Positions 17,399-26,056 of a DNA stretch of 29,640 bases are shown here, piece after piece. The DNA is from a virus (lineage: Duplodnaviria; Caudoviricetes). The position numbers and the translations under genes were made by a program. The stretch is from IMG/VR virus record IMGVR_UViG_3300027704_000112, positions 1 to 29,640 of that record; one strand, given 5' to 3'. Under the pieces are notes generated by a model. The model ran no database searches. It was not told the DNA's origin and saw only the letters and a program-made list of their open reading frames with translations. Position 1 is the stretch's first letter; each line of letters begins with the position of its first letter.

Positions 17399-17586
17399 CA
17401 GAAAAAGAAAAAAATGCAAGTAATAAGGCACAACAATTAATTAGCCGACACATTAGCGAATGCGGCATAGATGAATATGCCTCTAAGAAGGCTAGTTTAA
17501 TCCTGATAGACGAATTATTTAAGTGGGGTTTACCTTATACCTATCAAATAGAATTTTGGACTGAAGTAAAAAGATATTTAAAATGA
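17395..17586 (+). CDS. Hypothetical protein
   Basis: 63 aa, ATGA-coupled on both sides. Confidence 0.65.
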   Translation: MTEKEKNASNKAQQLISRHISECGIDEYASKKASLILIDELFKWGLPYTYQIEFWTEVKRYLK

Positions 17587-17954
17587 CGGCACAAGAAATA
17601 AGTGACAGAATAGTAAAGAAAACAGGGGTGAATGTTTTTGAAGATAGTAGGAAAAAAGAAGTGATTCATTACAGATCATTACTAATCTACCTACTAAGGG
17701 AAAAAATGAATCTTAGATGGATGAACATTGCACTGTTTTTTAAAGCAAATGATAAGAGTATAACACACGCAACAGTTATCCACTCACATCATTACTATGA
17801 TATTTACAAGGATGAAAATCCCAAACTAGAGGAATTAGAAAAACAGTTTAACTTTACACCGGTAGACCTTGACACACTAGATAAAATTCACATGCTAGAA
17901 AATAAAGTGAAAAACCTTAGAAAAAGAATCAAACAATATGAAAAAGTTAATTAG
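17583..17954 (+). CDS. DnaA C-terminal-like HTH DNA-binding protein
   Basis: SRKKEV...R...YL...IA..F....THATVIHS pattern of DnaA domain IV. Confidence 0.7.
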   Translation: MTAQEISDRIVKKTGVNVFEDSRKKEVIHYRSLLIYLLREKMNLRWMNIALFFKANDKSITHATVIHSHHYYDIYKDENPKLEELEKQFNFTPVDLDTLDKIHMLENKVKNLRKRIKQYEKVN

Positions 17955-18108
17955 TTCAGTAAAAAAATCATTAAGGAATTTGTTCACAGAAGATGATCCC
18001 ACAAAAATATGGGTTCAGATACCAAGAACTTTTAAAACAAAGAAAGATCAAAATTATATGATAAGAAGAACAAAGGATTTTATCGTAGAAAACACACAAG
18101 TTGGATGA
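17938..18108 (+). CDS. 56-aa basic hypothetical protein (not in ORF track)
   Basis: MKKLISSVKK...ENTQVG, ATGA-coupled to the methyltransferase. Confidence 0.6.
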   Translation: MKKLISSVKKSLRNLFTEDDPTKIWVQIPRTFKTKKDQNYMIRRTKDFIVENTQVG

Positions 18109-18746
18109 TTACCAATGAGGACAATATGAATTTAATGTCTAGGTATGAAGATAATCATTTTGACTTGGCTATTGTTGACCCACCTTATGGGATTGGAGAA
18201 AGCAAAAAAAAGAGAGATAATATAAAGAGCAGTAAATGGAAGAACCCAACAAAAAAAATACACAACCCTAAAGATTGGGACTTACAAAAACCAACACAAA
18301 AATACTTTAACGAACTTTTTAGAGTAAGTAAAAATCAAATTATTTGGGGTGCTAATTATATGACCGAACACTTACCATCAAGTATGGGTTGGGTTTTTTG
18401 GGATAAAAAAAACGGTAATAGTAATTTTAGTGACGGAGAACTTGCCTTCACAAGTTTTAATAAAGGTTTAAGAAAGTTTGAGTGGTTGTGGAGTGGATTT
18501 AAAAAACAAAGACCAGAAAAAAGAATACACTTAACACAAAAACCAGTGAAACTTTACGAATGGTTATTAATGAATTACGCAAAAGAAGGTGATAAAATAT
18601 TAGATACTCATTTAGGAAGTGGATCAATTGCTATTGCTTGTCATAATTTAAAGTATGATTTAACTGCTTGTGAACTTGACACAGAATATTATGAAAAAGC
18701 GATGGAAAGAATTAATAATCATAAGCGACAAATAAGAATGTTTTAA
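18105..18746 (+). CDS. DNA N6-adenine/N4-cytosine methyltransferase (beta class)
   Basis: DPPY catalytic motif precedes H.TQKP and the ILDTHLGSGS SAM-binding motif. Confidence 0.92.
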   Translation: MITNEDNMNLMSRYEDNHFDLAIVDPPYGIGESKKKRDNIKSSKWKNPTKKIHNPKDWDLQKPTQKYFNELFRVSKNQIIWGANYMTEHLPSSMGWVFWDKKNGNSNFSDGELAFTSFNKGLRKFEWLWSGFKKQRPEKRIHLTQKPVKLYEWLLMNYAKEGDKILDTHLGSGSIAIACHNLKYDLTACELDTEYYEKAMERINNHKRQIRMF

Positions 18747-18758
18747 TGACGTTATATA
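18729..18758 (+). promoter_or_regulatory. Putative phage late promoter (variant) for the terminase operon
   Basis: CGTTATATA at 18750-18758. Upstream CAAAT is offset by 2 nt, and ATG lies 23 nt downstream. Confidence 0.6.
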
Positions 18759-18781
18759 AATTGAATAAACAAAAATAAATC

Positions 18782-19051
18782 ATGGATGGAAGAAAACAAA
18801 ATGGAGGGGTAAGGGAAGGGGCAGGACGCCCTAAAAAAGCTGATGAAGAAAAACTAATTGAAAAGCTAGATGCTTTAATAGACAGTGACAAGGTGGTAAT
18901 GAAACTGGGTGAAATGTGTATGAAGGGTGACACAAGAGCATTGACATTATACTTCAATTACAGATATGGAAAGCCAAAAGAGAAGATTGATATTTCAGCA
19001 AGTGAAGGTTTAAATGTGAATTTTAAGGACTTGATTCAATTTAGTGATTAA
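18782..19051 (+). CDS. terS: Terminase small subunit
   Basis: NGG.REGAGRP motif and YRYGKP, directly upstream of TerL. Confidence 0.75.
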   Translation: MDGRKQNGGVREGAGRPKKADEEKLIEKLDALIDSDKVVMKLGEMCMKGDTRALTLYFNYRYGKPKEKIDISASEGLNVNFKDLIQFSD

Positions 19052-20252
19052 GGTTAACCCGAAGTATTCACCAATATCAAAGGCTGATTCTAGGTATTTC
19101 ATTGTAACAGGTGGAAGGGGTAGTGGTAAATCCTTTTCCATTAATTTAATGTTGTGCCTTTTAACCTATGAGAAAGGGCATGTGATCTTGTTTAGTAGAT
19201 ACACCTTAACATCTGCTTATGTTTCTATTATTCCGGAATTTATAGAAAAGCTAGAACTGCTAAATATCTTTGATCACTTCCAAATCACAAAGGATGAAAT
19301 TCAAAACAAAATATCCGGCAGCAAGATTATCTTCAAAGGAATTAAAACATCATCGGGTGATCAAACTGCAAATCTAAAATCATTGCAGGGGGTTACAACC
19401 TTTGTATTGGATGAGGCTGAAGAACTAACAAGTGAAGACACATTTGACAAAATAGATTTATCTGTTAGATCACAAAGCCAAACCAACCGGATTATCTTAA
19501 TCTTAAACCCAACCACAAAAGAGCATTGGATTTATCAAAGATTCTTTCAAGATAAAGGGATGCAAGAAAGTTTGAACACTAGTAAAGATGATGTGACATA
19601 CATTCACACAACATACTTAGACAACATTCAAAACCTTTCAAAAAGTTACCTGTCCCAAATACAAAACATTAGGGTAAGGCGTCCAAATAAATACAAGCAT
19701 CAAATTCTTGGGGGTTGGTTGGATAAAGCAGAGGGTGTGATTTTTGATAACTGGAAAATAGGTGAATTTAAAAAAGTAGGTGTTTCTGTCTTTGGACAAG
19801 ATTATGGTTTTGCCTCAGATGAATCTACGCTAATTGAAACCAACATTGACACAACAAATAAAATCATCTATCTAAGGGAATGTTTTTACATCAAACATCT
19901 AACCACATCACAGATTGGAGAACTTAACTTAAAACACGCAGGAAATGCCTTGATAATAGGGGATAGTGCAGAACCTAGATTAATAAATGAACTAAAATCT
20001 AAGGGGAGTAATATTCTATCAGCAATTAAAGGACAGGGTTCTATTACTTATGGTATATCCTTGATTCAAGATTATGATTTAATTGTATCTGAAGATTCAG
20101 TTAATCTAATAAAAGAACTAAACAATTATTGTTGGTTAGAAAAAAAGTCAAAAACACCCCAAGATAAATTCAATCACCTATTAGATGGACTTAGGTATGC
20201 GGTTACCTATCAGCTACAAAACCCAAATAGGGGAACATATATGATTAGTTAG
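19044..20252 (+). CDS. terL: Terminase large subunit (PBSX/SPP1-like)
   Basis: TGGRGSGKS Walker A, LDEAEE Walker B, LNP, nuclease GQDYGF and NH.LD..RY. Confidence 0.93.
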   Translation: MIKVNPKYSPISKADSRYFIVTGGRGSGKSFSINLMLCLLTYEKGHVILFSRYTLTSAYVSIIPEFIEKLELLNIFDHFQITKDEIQNKISGSKIIFKGIKTSSGDQTANLKSLQGVTTFVLDEAEELTSEDTFDKIDLSVRSQSQTNRIILILNPTTKEHWIYQRFFQDKGMQESLNTSKDDVTYIHTTYLDNIQNLSKSYLSQIQNIRVRRPNKYKHQILGGWLDKAEGVIFDNWKIGEFKKVGVSVFGQDYGFASDESTLIETNIDTTNKIIYLRECFYIKHLTTSQIGELNLKHAGNALIIGDSAEPRLINELKSKGSNILSAIKGQGSITYGISLIQDYDLIVSEDSVNLIKELNNYCWLEKKSKTPQDKFNHLLDGLRYAVTYQLQNPNRGTYMIS

Positions 20253-20318
20253 TGAACTTTTTGTTTTATAAGTTATTTATATTACCTTACATATATGATT
20301 AACAAACAAACAAACAAA

Positions 20319-20657
20319 ATGGAAACAATGAAACCTTTATTTACAGATATAGAACTGAAAGAAATTATTCATGATATAGATATTGCCTATATAGATATGA
20401 TGGGTTCAGAAGTACACCGGCAGGAAGTGAATTGGTTTGTGCATGATCTTGAAATATTTGCTAGTGTTCTTTGTATTCGTGAAACACTAAGCGAACCTTA
20501 CGAAACATACGACCATCAAGAACCGGGTACATACAGGTATTTATTTGAAATTGATGATTGCTGCGCTTACTTTAACGATGAAGAATGCATTACAAATCAT
20601 CAACTTGAAAAAATAATAGTCCCAGTTTTAGAAGTTAAGATACACCCACATGGATAA
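20319..20657 (+). CDS. Acidic hypothetical protein
   Basis: Start moved to ATG 20319 because its leader duplicates that of gene 11778. Confidence 0.65.
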   Translation: METMKPLFTDIELKEIIHDIDIAYIDMMGSEVHRQEVNWFVHDLEIFASVLCIRETLSEPYETYDHQEPGTYRYLFEIDDCCAYFNDEECITNHQLEKIIVPVLEVKIHPHG

Positions 20658-20934
20658 AATACAAAATACACACGATGCTGAATATTGGAATAATGCACAC
20701 CTTTGTTCTAGTATTCTTAGGGGATGGCATAGGATCAAACCCAACAACGAAGAAATAACATCAGTAATGACTGCTCTTCAAGAGATGACTTTTTATGTGG
20801 CACGTTTAAAGCACGATGCACAAGCAAAGGATAAGATAGTTGAAGAGTACAAATTAGAAAGGAACAAGTGGTGCATGAGGGCGCAACAGGCAGAGCGTAG
20901 ATTTGATAACGCAGAGAAGTTAATAGATATTTAA
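20650..20934 (+). CDS. Hypothetical coiled-coil protein
   Basis: 94 aa, overlaps the upstream gene and ends before a terminator. Confidence 0.65.
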   Translation: MDKIQNTHDAEYWNNAHLCSSILRGWHRIKPNNEEITSVMTALQEMTFYVARLKHDAQAKDKIVEEYKLERNKWCMRAQQAERRFDNAEKLIDI

Positions 20935-20957
20935 AATATTTGTTTAGTTGGTTAGTT

Positions 20958-20988
20958 AGGGGTAGTCAGAAATGGCTACCCTTTTTTT
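20958..20988 (+). terminator. Rho-independent terminator
   Basis: AGGGGTAGTCA-GAAA-TGGCTACCCTT with a GNRA loop and T7. Confidence 0.88.
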
Positions 20989-20994
20989 GTGTTT

Positions 20995-21022
20995 AAAAAT
21001 CCCTTCTATTTTGCGTTATATA
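20995..21022 (+). promoter_or_regulatory. Putative phage late promoter AAAAA-N14-CGTTATATA
   Basis: AAAAAT at 20995, CGTTATATA at 21014-21022, ATG at 21026. Confidence 0.75.
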
Positions 21023-21025
21023 TTT

Positions 21026-21682
21026 ATGAAAGCAAGTGTAACTGTACCAAACTTATCAGAAATTACCCTAGAACAGTATCAAAGATTCTTGAAAGTTCAA
21101 GAAATTAACAAAGATGATGAGTATGTTTTACAGTTAAAAATGATTGAAATATTCTGTAATGTGGATTACAAGGATGCAAGGAATATCAAGTTTTCAGATG
21201 TTGAAAAAATCATTGAAGTTCTTACAAAAACCTTTGAAGAAAAGCCAAAACTTGTAACTACTTTTAAAATGGATGGGTTTGAATATGGATTTATCCCAAA
21301 TCTAGAAGAAATTTCGTTTGGGGAATATGTTGATTTAGATTCTTTTCTTCCCTCAGAACAAGATTTACATAGGGCAATGAATGTTTTGTACAGACCCATT
21401 GTAAATAAGAAATCAGGAAAGTATTCTATTGCGGAATATGACATTGATACAAAGGATATAATGAAGCAAATAAAACTAGATGCAGTTCTTAGTTCTATTT
21501 TTTTTTTTCAAAGTTTAGGCTTGGAATTATTGAAGGTTACGAGCAATTATTTGCAGGAGGAACTGGAGAAACAACCACAATTGCAGCAGGATTTGGAAAA
21601 AAATGGGGGTGGTATTCAAGCATCTTTGCACTCGCTCAAGGAAATATTGAACGATTTGAAAGTATCACTTCCCTTGAATTAA
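21026..21682 (+). CDS. Putative tail assembly chaperone, zero-frame product (218 aa)
   Basis: Start moved to ATG 21026. Heads the tail operon and contains a T11 slippery run at 21498-21508. Confidence 0.65.
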   Translation: MKASVTVPNLSEITLEQYQRFLKVQEINKDDEYVLQLKMIEIFCNVDYKDARNIKFSDVEKIIEVLTKTFEEKPKLVTTFKMDGFEYGFIPNLEEISFGEYVDLDSFLPSEQDLHRAMNVLYRPIVNKKSGKYSIAEYDIDTKDIMKQIKLDAVLSSIFFFQSLGLELLKVTSNYLQEELEKQPQLQQDLEKNGGGIQASLHSLKEILNDLKVSLPLN

Positions 21683-21765
21683 CTAAGTGTTTAACAATGT
21701 TGACATTTATGAAAGAAAAGAACGAAGCAGAAGCACAACAAATAAAAAATAAACAAAGAAGATGA
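21493..21765 (+). CDS. -1 frame extension of the tail chaperone (fusion product about 246 aa)
   Basis: The -1 frame opens right after TAG 21490-21492 and reads FFFSKFRLG...KKWGWYSSIFALAQG...KQRR to TGA 21763-21765, which is ATGA-coupled to the next gene. Confidence 0.7.
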   Translation, partial: FYFFFSKFRLGIIEGYEQLFAGGTGETTTIAAGFGKKWGWYSSIFALAQGNIERFESITSLELTKCLTMLTFMKEKNEAEAQQIKNKQRR

Positions 21766-22241
21766 GCCAAGGAATAAGGGGATTTTATCAAGTAACCAAG
21801 ACACTAGAAGATCAACTGCTTTTAGATGTGAATTGTAAAACCGTTACCACCGGTGATATATCAAAAATTAATCTTGAAAAGCAGGATATATTCCCCTTGT
21901 CACATATATTAATTAACAGTGTGACACAAAGCGATAATAACGGAAGTGCCACATATAACTTCAATGTGTCAATACTTTCAATGGATATTGTTGATCAAAG
22001 CAAAGAACCAACCACAGATTTATTCAGAGGCAATGACAACACACAAGATATTCTAAACACACAAATGTCTGTAAGCAACAAGCTAATTCAACTAATGCGA
22101 GGAGGGACTTTATTCCAAGATATGTATCAAGTGCAAGGTGATGCTACATTTGAATTTTTTACAGAACGCTTTGAAAATGAATTAGCAGGTGTTACGGCTA
22201 CTTTTAATATTATTATCTATAATGACATTTTTATTTGCTGA
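21762..22241 (+). CDS. Putative tail terminator/completion protein
   Basis: 159 aa in the tail operon, with FPLSHI and a beta-rich pattern. Confidence 0.5.
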   Translation: MSQGIRGFYQVTKTLEDQLLLDVNCKTVTTGDISKINLEKQDIFPLSHILINSVTQSDNNGSATYNFNVSILSMDIVDQSKEPTTDLFRGNDNTQDILNTQMSVSNKLIQLMRGGTLFQDMYQVQGDATFEFFTERFENELAGVTATFNIIIYNDIFIC

Positions 22242-22771
22242 TGGATTACGCAGAACTTAATAGGGCTTTAAATGCATTTGGCAAATATGTTATCCAACAA
22301 TCAAGATCAAACTTGACAAAACAAGGTAAAAATTCAACAAGTGATTTATACAATTCTTTGAAATACGAATTAACAGAAGAAAGCGCAAATTTTTTACTTG
22401 AATTTTTACAAGAAGATTATGGTGATTTTGTAGATCAAGGTGTAAGGGGTGCAGGTAGCAGTTCAAATAATAGAACATCACCCTTTAAGTTTGGAAGTGG
22501 GACTGGCAAAAAAGGAGGGTTAACAAAAGGAATCAGTAAATGGATTAAGCAAAAACCCATTAAACAATGGAAGGATAAAAAGACAGGTAAATTTCTTTCA
22601 TACAAATCAATGACATTTTTAATTGCTCGGAGTATTTACAACAAAGGAACTAAACCAAGTTTGTTTTTTACCAAACCATTCTATCAAGCATTCAGAAGAT
22701 TGCCGTTAGAAATAGTAAAGGCATTTAAATTAGACATTGAAAAGGCAATAGTGTTAGGCACAAAGAAATAA
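22235..22771 (+). CDS. Putative neck/tail-completion protein
   Basis: Basic 178 aa with YG.FVDQG, IARSI..KG.KPS.FF motifs (HK97 gp10-like pattern). The start may be ATG 22241. Confidence 0.55.
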   Translation: MLMDYAELNRALNAFGKYVIQQSRSNLTKQGKNSTSDLYNSLKYELTEESANFLLEFLQEDYGDFVDQGVRGAGSSSNNRTSPFKFGSGTGKKGGLTKGISKWIKQKPIKQWKDKKTGKFLSYKSMTFLIARSIYNKGTKPSLFFTKPFYQAFRRLPLEIVKAFKLDIEKAIVLGTKK

Positions 22772-22773
22772 TT

Positions 22774-23766
22774 ATGGCAAATATATTAGTAGGGTCACCA
22801 AGGTTTGAAAGTGTTACAATGGGTACTGGCAAAAATAGTGTAGCCTTAGAACTTTATGTTGACGGTATTTTAAGATATACTATTATAAAAAATGCCACCC
22901 AATCAACTGTTGTTACTTTTGAAATTGGTGAATTAATAAAAGATTATATAGTACAAACTTTTACAGGCGGACAATCACAACCTATTAAGGTATCTACCGC
23001 AGGTACTCAATTTAAACAATACACAGGTCAAAACGGAACAGGTAACGCTCAAGTATTTTCTATAACAGATAATATTGCCGTTGATGGATATGGCACTTTT
23101 ATGGAGGGTGCTAATCCTACCTTACCTGCAAATACTGCTTGGTTACTTTCAAAAGATGAAATCAAAGGTGGTTATTATATGTATTATCCTTATGGGGTTG
23201 GTGGATGGATTCCACAAATAACAGGAGGAGGGACTTTTACTCAAGTTGGATTTAATGCTAACAGTACGATGCCAATTACCAATAATAATACAGACCCCTT
23301 GTATGTAATTAGAGTAGACTGCTCTAGGTATGGAGATGGTAACAAGATAACTTTTTTAAATAAGTTTGGAGCATTACAAGATTTGTATTTCTTTCTTAAA
23401 AGCGTTAAATCAACCACTTCAACAAAAGAGACTTACAGTGCAAACACAATAAGCACAAGTAGCGGATCAGCTACCTATTCAGTAAATGCACCAACAAAAC
23501 AAGTATTTAATAAATCAGCAAATCAAAAGATTGTTTTAAGTAGCGGATATTATCCCGAAGGTGCTAATCCATTTTTTGAACAGTTGTTATTAAGCAAATC
23601 GGTATGGTTAACACAACCCGATCCATACGATCCATCAACTGAACAAGTAGTTCCTGTTATTATTAATACAAGTTCATTCACGTATAAAACTAGCTTAAAC
23701 GATAGGCTAATAAATTATGTCATGGAATTTGACATGGCATTTGATTATATAAATAATGTTAGATAA
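22774..23766 (+). CDS. Tail tip/baseplate-like structural protein
   Basis: 330 aa, beta-rich, FLNKFGA...LLLS..VW pattern of Bacteroidota phage tail proteins. Confidence 0.55.
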   Translation: MANILVGSPRFESVTMGTGKNSVALELYVDGILRYTIIKNATQSTVVTFEIGELIKDYIVQTFTGGQSQPIKVSTAGTQFKQYTGQNGTGNAQVFSITDNIAVDGYGTFMEGANPTLPANTAWLLSKDEIKGGYYMYYPYGVGGWIPQITGGGTFTQVGFNANSTMPITNNNTDPLYVIRVDCSRYGDGNKITFLNKFGALQDLYFFLKSVKSTTSTKETYSANTISTSSGSATYSVNAPTKQVFNKSANQKIVLSSGYYPEGANPFFEQLLLSKSVWLTQPDPYDPSTEQVVPVIINTSSFTYKTSLNDRLINYVMEFDMAFDYINNVR

Positions 23767-25913
23767 TGCAGAAAGTTCAAATATACATAGGGGGTGAACG
23801 TTTAGAACTTTTCAAGGATGAGACAATTTCAATCACACAATCCATCCAAAACATAAAGGACATTTCTAGAATATTTACAGAATTTTCCCAAAGTTTTACA
23901 ATCCCGGCATCACCTAATAATTCAAAAATTTTCACTCATTATTACAATTACAATATAGTTGGTGGATATGATGCAAGAATTAAATCAGCAGGTTCTATTG
24001 AATTAAATTATATCCCTTGGAAGAATGGCTTTATAGCTTTAAATGGAGTGGATTTAAAGAAAAATAAACCCTATGCTTATAGGATTACATTCTTTGGTGA
24101 AACGATCAACTTAAAAGACATTCTAGGGGAAGATTTACTTTCTAACATATCAACCTTGTCTTCTGAGAATTTAATTTATGAACCTAACACAATTAAAGTT
24201 AAACTACAAGCTGATCCAACAACAACAAATATAATTGCCCCATTAATTACGCATACTAAAAGATTATATTATAATAATTCTTCTAGTGCAGCCGGAGATG
24301 GCAATTTATGTTTTGATGTAGCAAAGCCTTTACAGGGTGTTGAATGGAGTGATTTAAAATTTGCAATAAGATTAGATACTATTATACAATCGATTGAATC
24401 GCACTACACAATAGCAAATGGATTCCCTTCAAATATTGTTTTTTCAGATGATTTTTTTAATGATTCAAATCAAAATTACTACAACCTTTTCATGTGGTTG
24501 CACAGGAAGAAAGGAAGTGTTCAACCTGCCACACAGGTAGAAGAATTTTTTTCACAAGTAACTGGTTTTACTCTTACTTCGGGAACACCAAAAACAGGGA
24601 TGAATGCAAATGGTGACACACTGTCTATCCTTACTCAGTACAGAGTAATTAACACTAACTATCTTTATTTATTAAGCACAACAACAGAAGAATATCAAGT
24701 TTTAATTTCTAGAAACGGATCGGTATTTTTTACTTCTGAATTAATAAATGGAGGAAATGTAACTTTAGGACAGGCTGAATTAGGCATACTACAACCCGGA
24801 GCGTATACGGTTGCAATAAAGCAAACAGGAAGTAATGCTACAAATATGACTTTTAGTCGTATTAGATGGGAAATAAACGGAATAGATTCAGGCGTTAATT
24901 GGCAAGATATTTATACTTCAACTAATTTTTCAACTGAACTTGCTGATTATGAATTTAACATAACCGAACAAATACCGGAAATGAAGGTAATTGATTTACT
25001 TACCGGATTATTTAAGATGTTTAATTTGACGGCTTATGTAAAAAATGGAATTATAATAGTTCAAACTTTAGATGAATATTACCAATTAGAAAGCACGTGG
25101 AACACGACAAATTTACTTTGGCAAAATGATGATAGGTTTTGGAATGAGGCAGGAACATCGGGTGCTACTACTTATTCTTTGGATGAATTTGTAGATATTA
25201 ATTCTACGCAGGTAAATGTGGCACTACCTTTTAAACAAGTAAATTTTGAGTATGAAGGTTTGGGAACATTTTTAGCGCAACAGTATAATCAATTAAACAA
25301 TGTAGGTTGGGGAACGGAAAGATACACTTTAGATTCTGAAACATACGATGCGCCAAATGAAGTTTACAAGGTTCAAGTTCCCTTTGAACACGTTCAATAT
25401 GAAAGGCTAGTAAATATAAATGGTGGTGCAGAAACACCTATACAATTTGGCTATTTTGTAGATCAAAATCAACAACCATACTTTGGTGAACCTTTGCTTT
25501 TTTATCCAATTAAACAAACTACAACGGCAGATTTAGGAAAAAGTATTTCTTTCAGGGATACTTCTTCATCACATTTAGAACTAATAAATTATATCATTCC
25601 ATCAAATAGTGTTGCTCTTTCGTCGGGTACTGATACATCAAATATTAACTTTAGTTTGGAAATTAACGAATATCAACTAGACACAAGTTTTACAGGTACT
25701 TTATTTGCCACATATTATGAAAGCTACATTGCGGAAATATTCAACACAAAAAGAAGAATGTTTAAAGTGAATGCATATTTGCCTTTAAATCTGATTTATA
25801 ATCTTCAATTATTTGACACAATAGAAATTAACTATGAAAATTACAGGATTAATACAATAACAACAGATTTAACAAATGGTAAAAGCAGTATTGAACTAAT
25901 TAATTTAGTATGA
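23766..25913 (+). CDS. Large tail tip/hub protein
   Basis: 715 aa with N-terminal LELF..E.ISIT.SIQ.IKD...FSQSFTIPAS..N and C-terminal YRIN.I..DL..GKS.IEL. Confidence 0.65.
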   Translation: MQKVQIYIGGERLELFKDETISITQSIQNIKDISRIFTEFSQSFTIPASPNNSKIFTHYYNYNIVGGYDARIKSAGSIELNYIPWKNGFIALNGVDLKKNKPYAYRITFFGETINLKDILGEDLLSNISTLSSENLIYEPNTIKVKLQADPTTTNIIAPLITHTKRLYYNNSSSAAGDGNLCFDVAKPLQGVEWSDLKFAIRLDTIIQSIESHYTIANGFPSNIVFSDDFFNDSNQNYYNLFMWLHRKKGSVQPATQVEEFFSQVTGFTLTSGTPKTGMNANGDTLSILTQYRVINTNYLYLLSTTTEEYQVLISRNGSVFFTSELINGGNVTLGQAELGILQPGAYTVAIKQTGSNATNMTFSRIRWEINGIDSGVNWQDIYTSTNFSTELADYEFNITEQIPEMKVIDLLTGLFKMFNLTAYVKNGIIIVQTLDEYYQLESTWNTTNLLWQNDDRFWNEAGTSGATTYSLDEFVDINSTQVNVALPFKQVNFEYEGLGTFLAQQYNQLNNVGWGTERYTLDSETYDAPNEVYKVQVPFEHVQYERLVNINGGAETPIQFGYFVDQNQQPYFGEPLLFYPIKQTTTADLGKSISFRDTSSSHLELINYIIPSNSVALSSGTDTSNINFSLEINEYQLDTSFTGTLFATYYESYIAEIFNTKRRMFKVNAYLPLNLIYNLQLFDTIEINYENYRINTITTDLTNGKSSIELINLV

Positions 25914-26056
25914 TAAAGATGATTTTAAAAATGCTAGAAATAGCAAATGGAGAAACTGAGAACATAAGAATTGCACAAGGAAAATACCTATATCCAAAAA
26001 CATTTAAAGGTGCTTGGAAAGGGTTTAAAAATGAAATGAAATGGCAGAAGAAGTAA
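25910..26056 (+). CDS. 48-aa basic protein (not in ORF track)
   Basis: MIKMILKMLEIANGETENIRIAQGKYLYPKTFKGAWKGFKNEMKWQKK, ATGA-coupled and overlapping the tape measure start. Confidence 0.6.
   Translation: MIKMILKMLEIANGETENIRIAQGKYLYPKTFKGAWKGFKNEMKWQKK

Noticed and set aside
17776-17784. DnaA-box-like TTATCCACT
   Set aside because: A single imperfect copy inside coding sequence, explained by the VIH codons.
14532-18746. Nuclease plus methyltransferase as a restriction-modification system
   Set aside because: The genes are 3 kb apart with many unrelated genes between them, and orphan methyltransferases and PD-(D/E)xK proteins are common in phages.
20972-21025. Track start of ORF 20972
   Set aside because: The extension runs through a terminator and the late promoter; ATG 21026 fits better. 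Similar reasoning moved the starts at 3348, 9736, 10482 and 20295.
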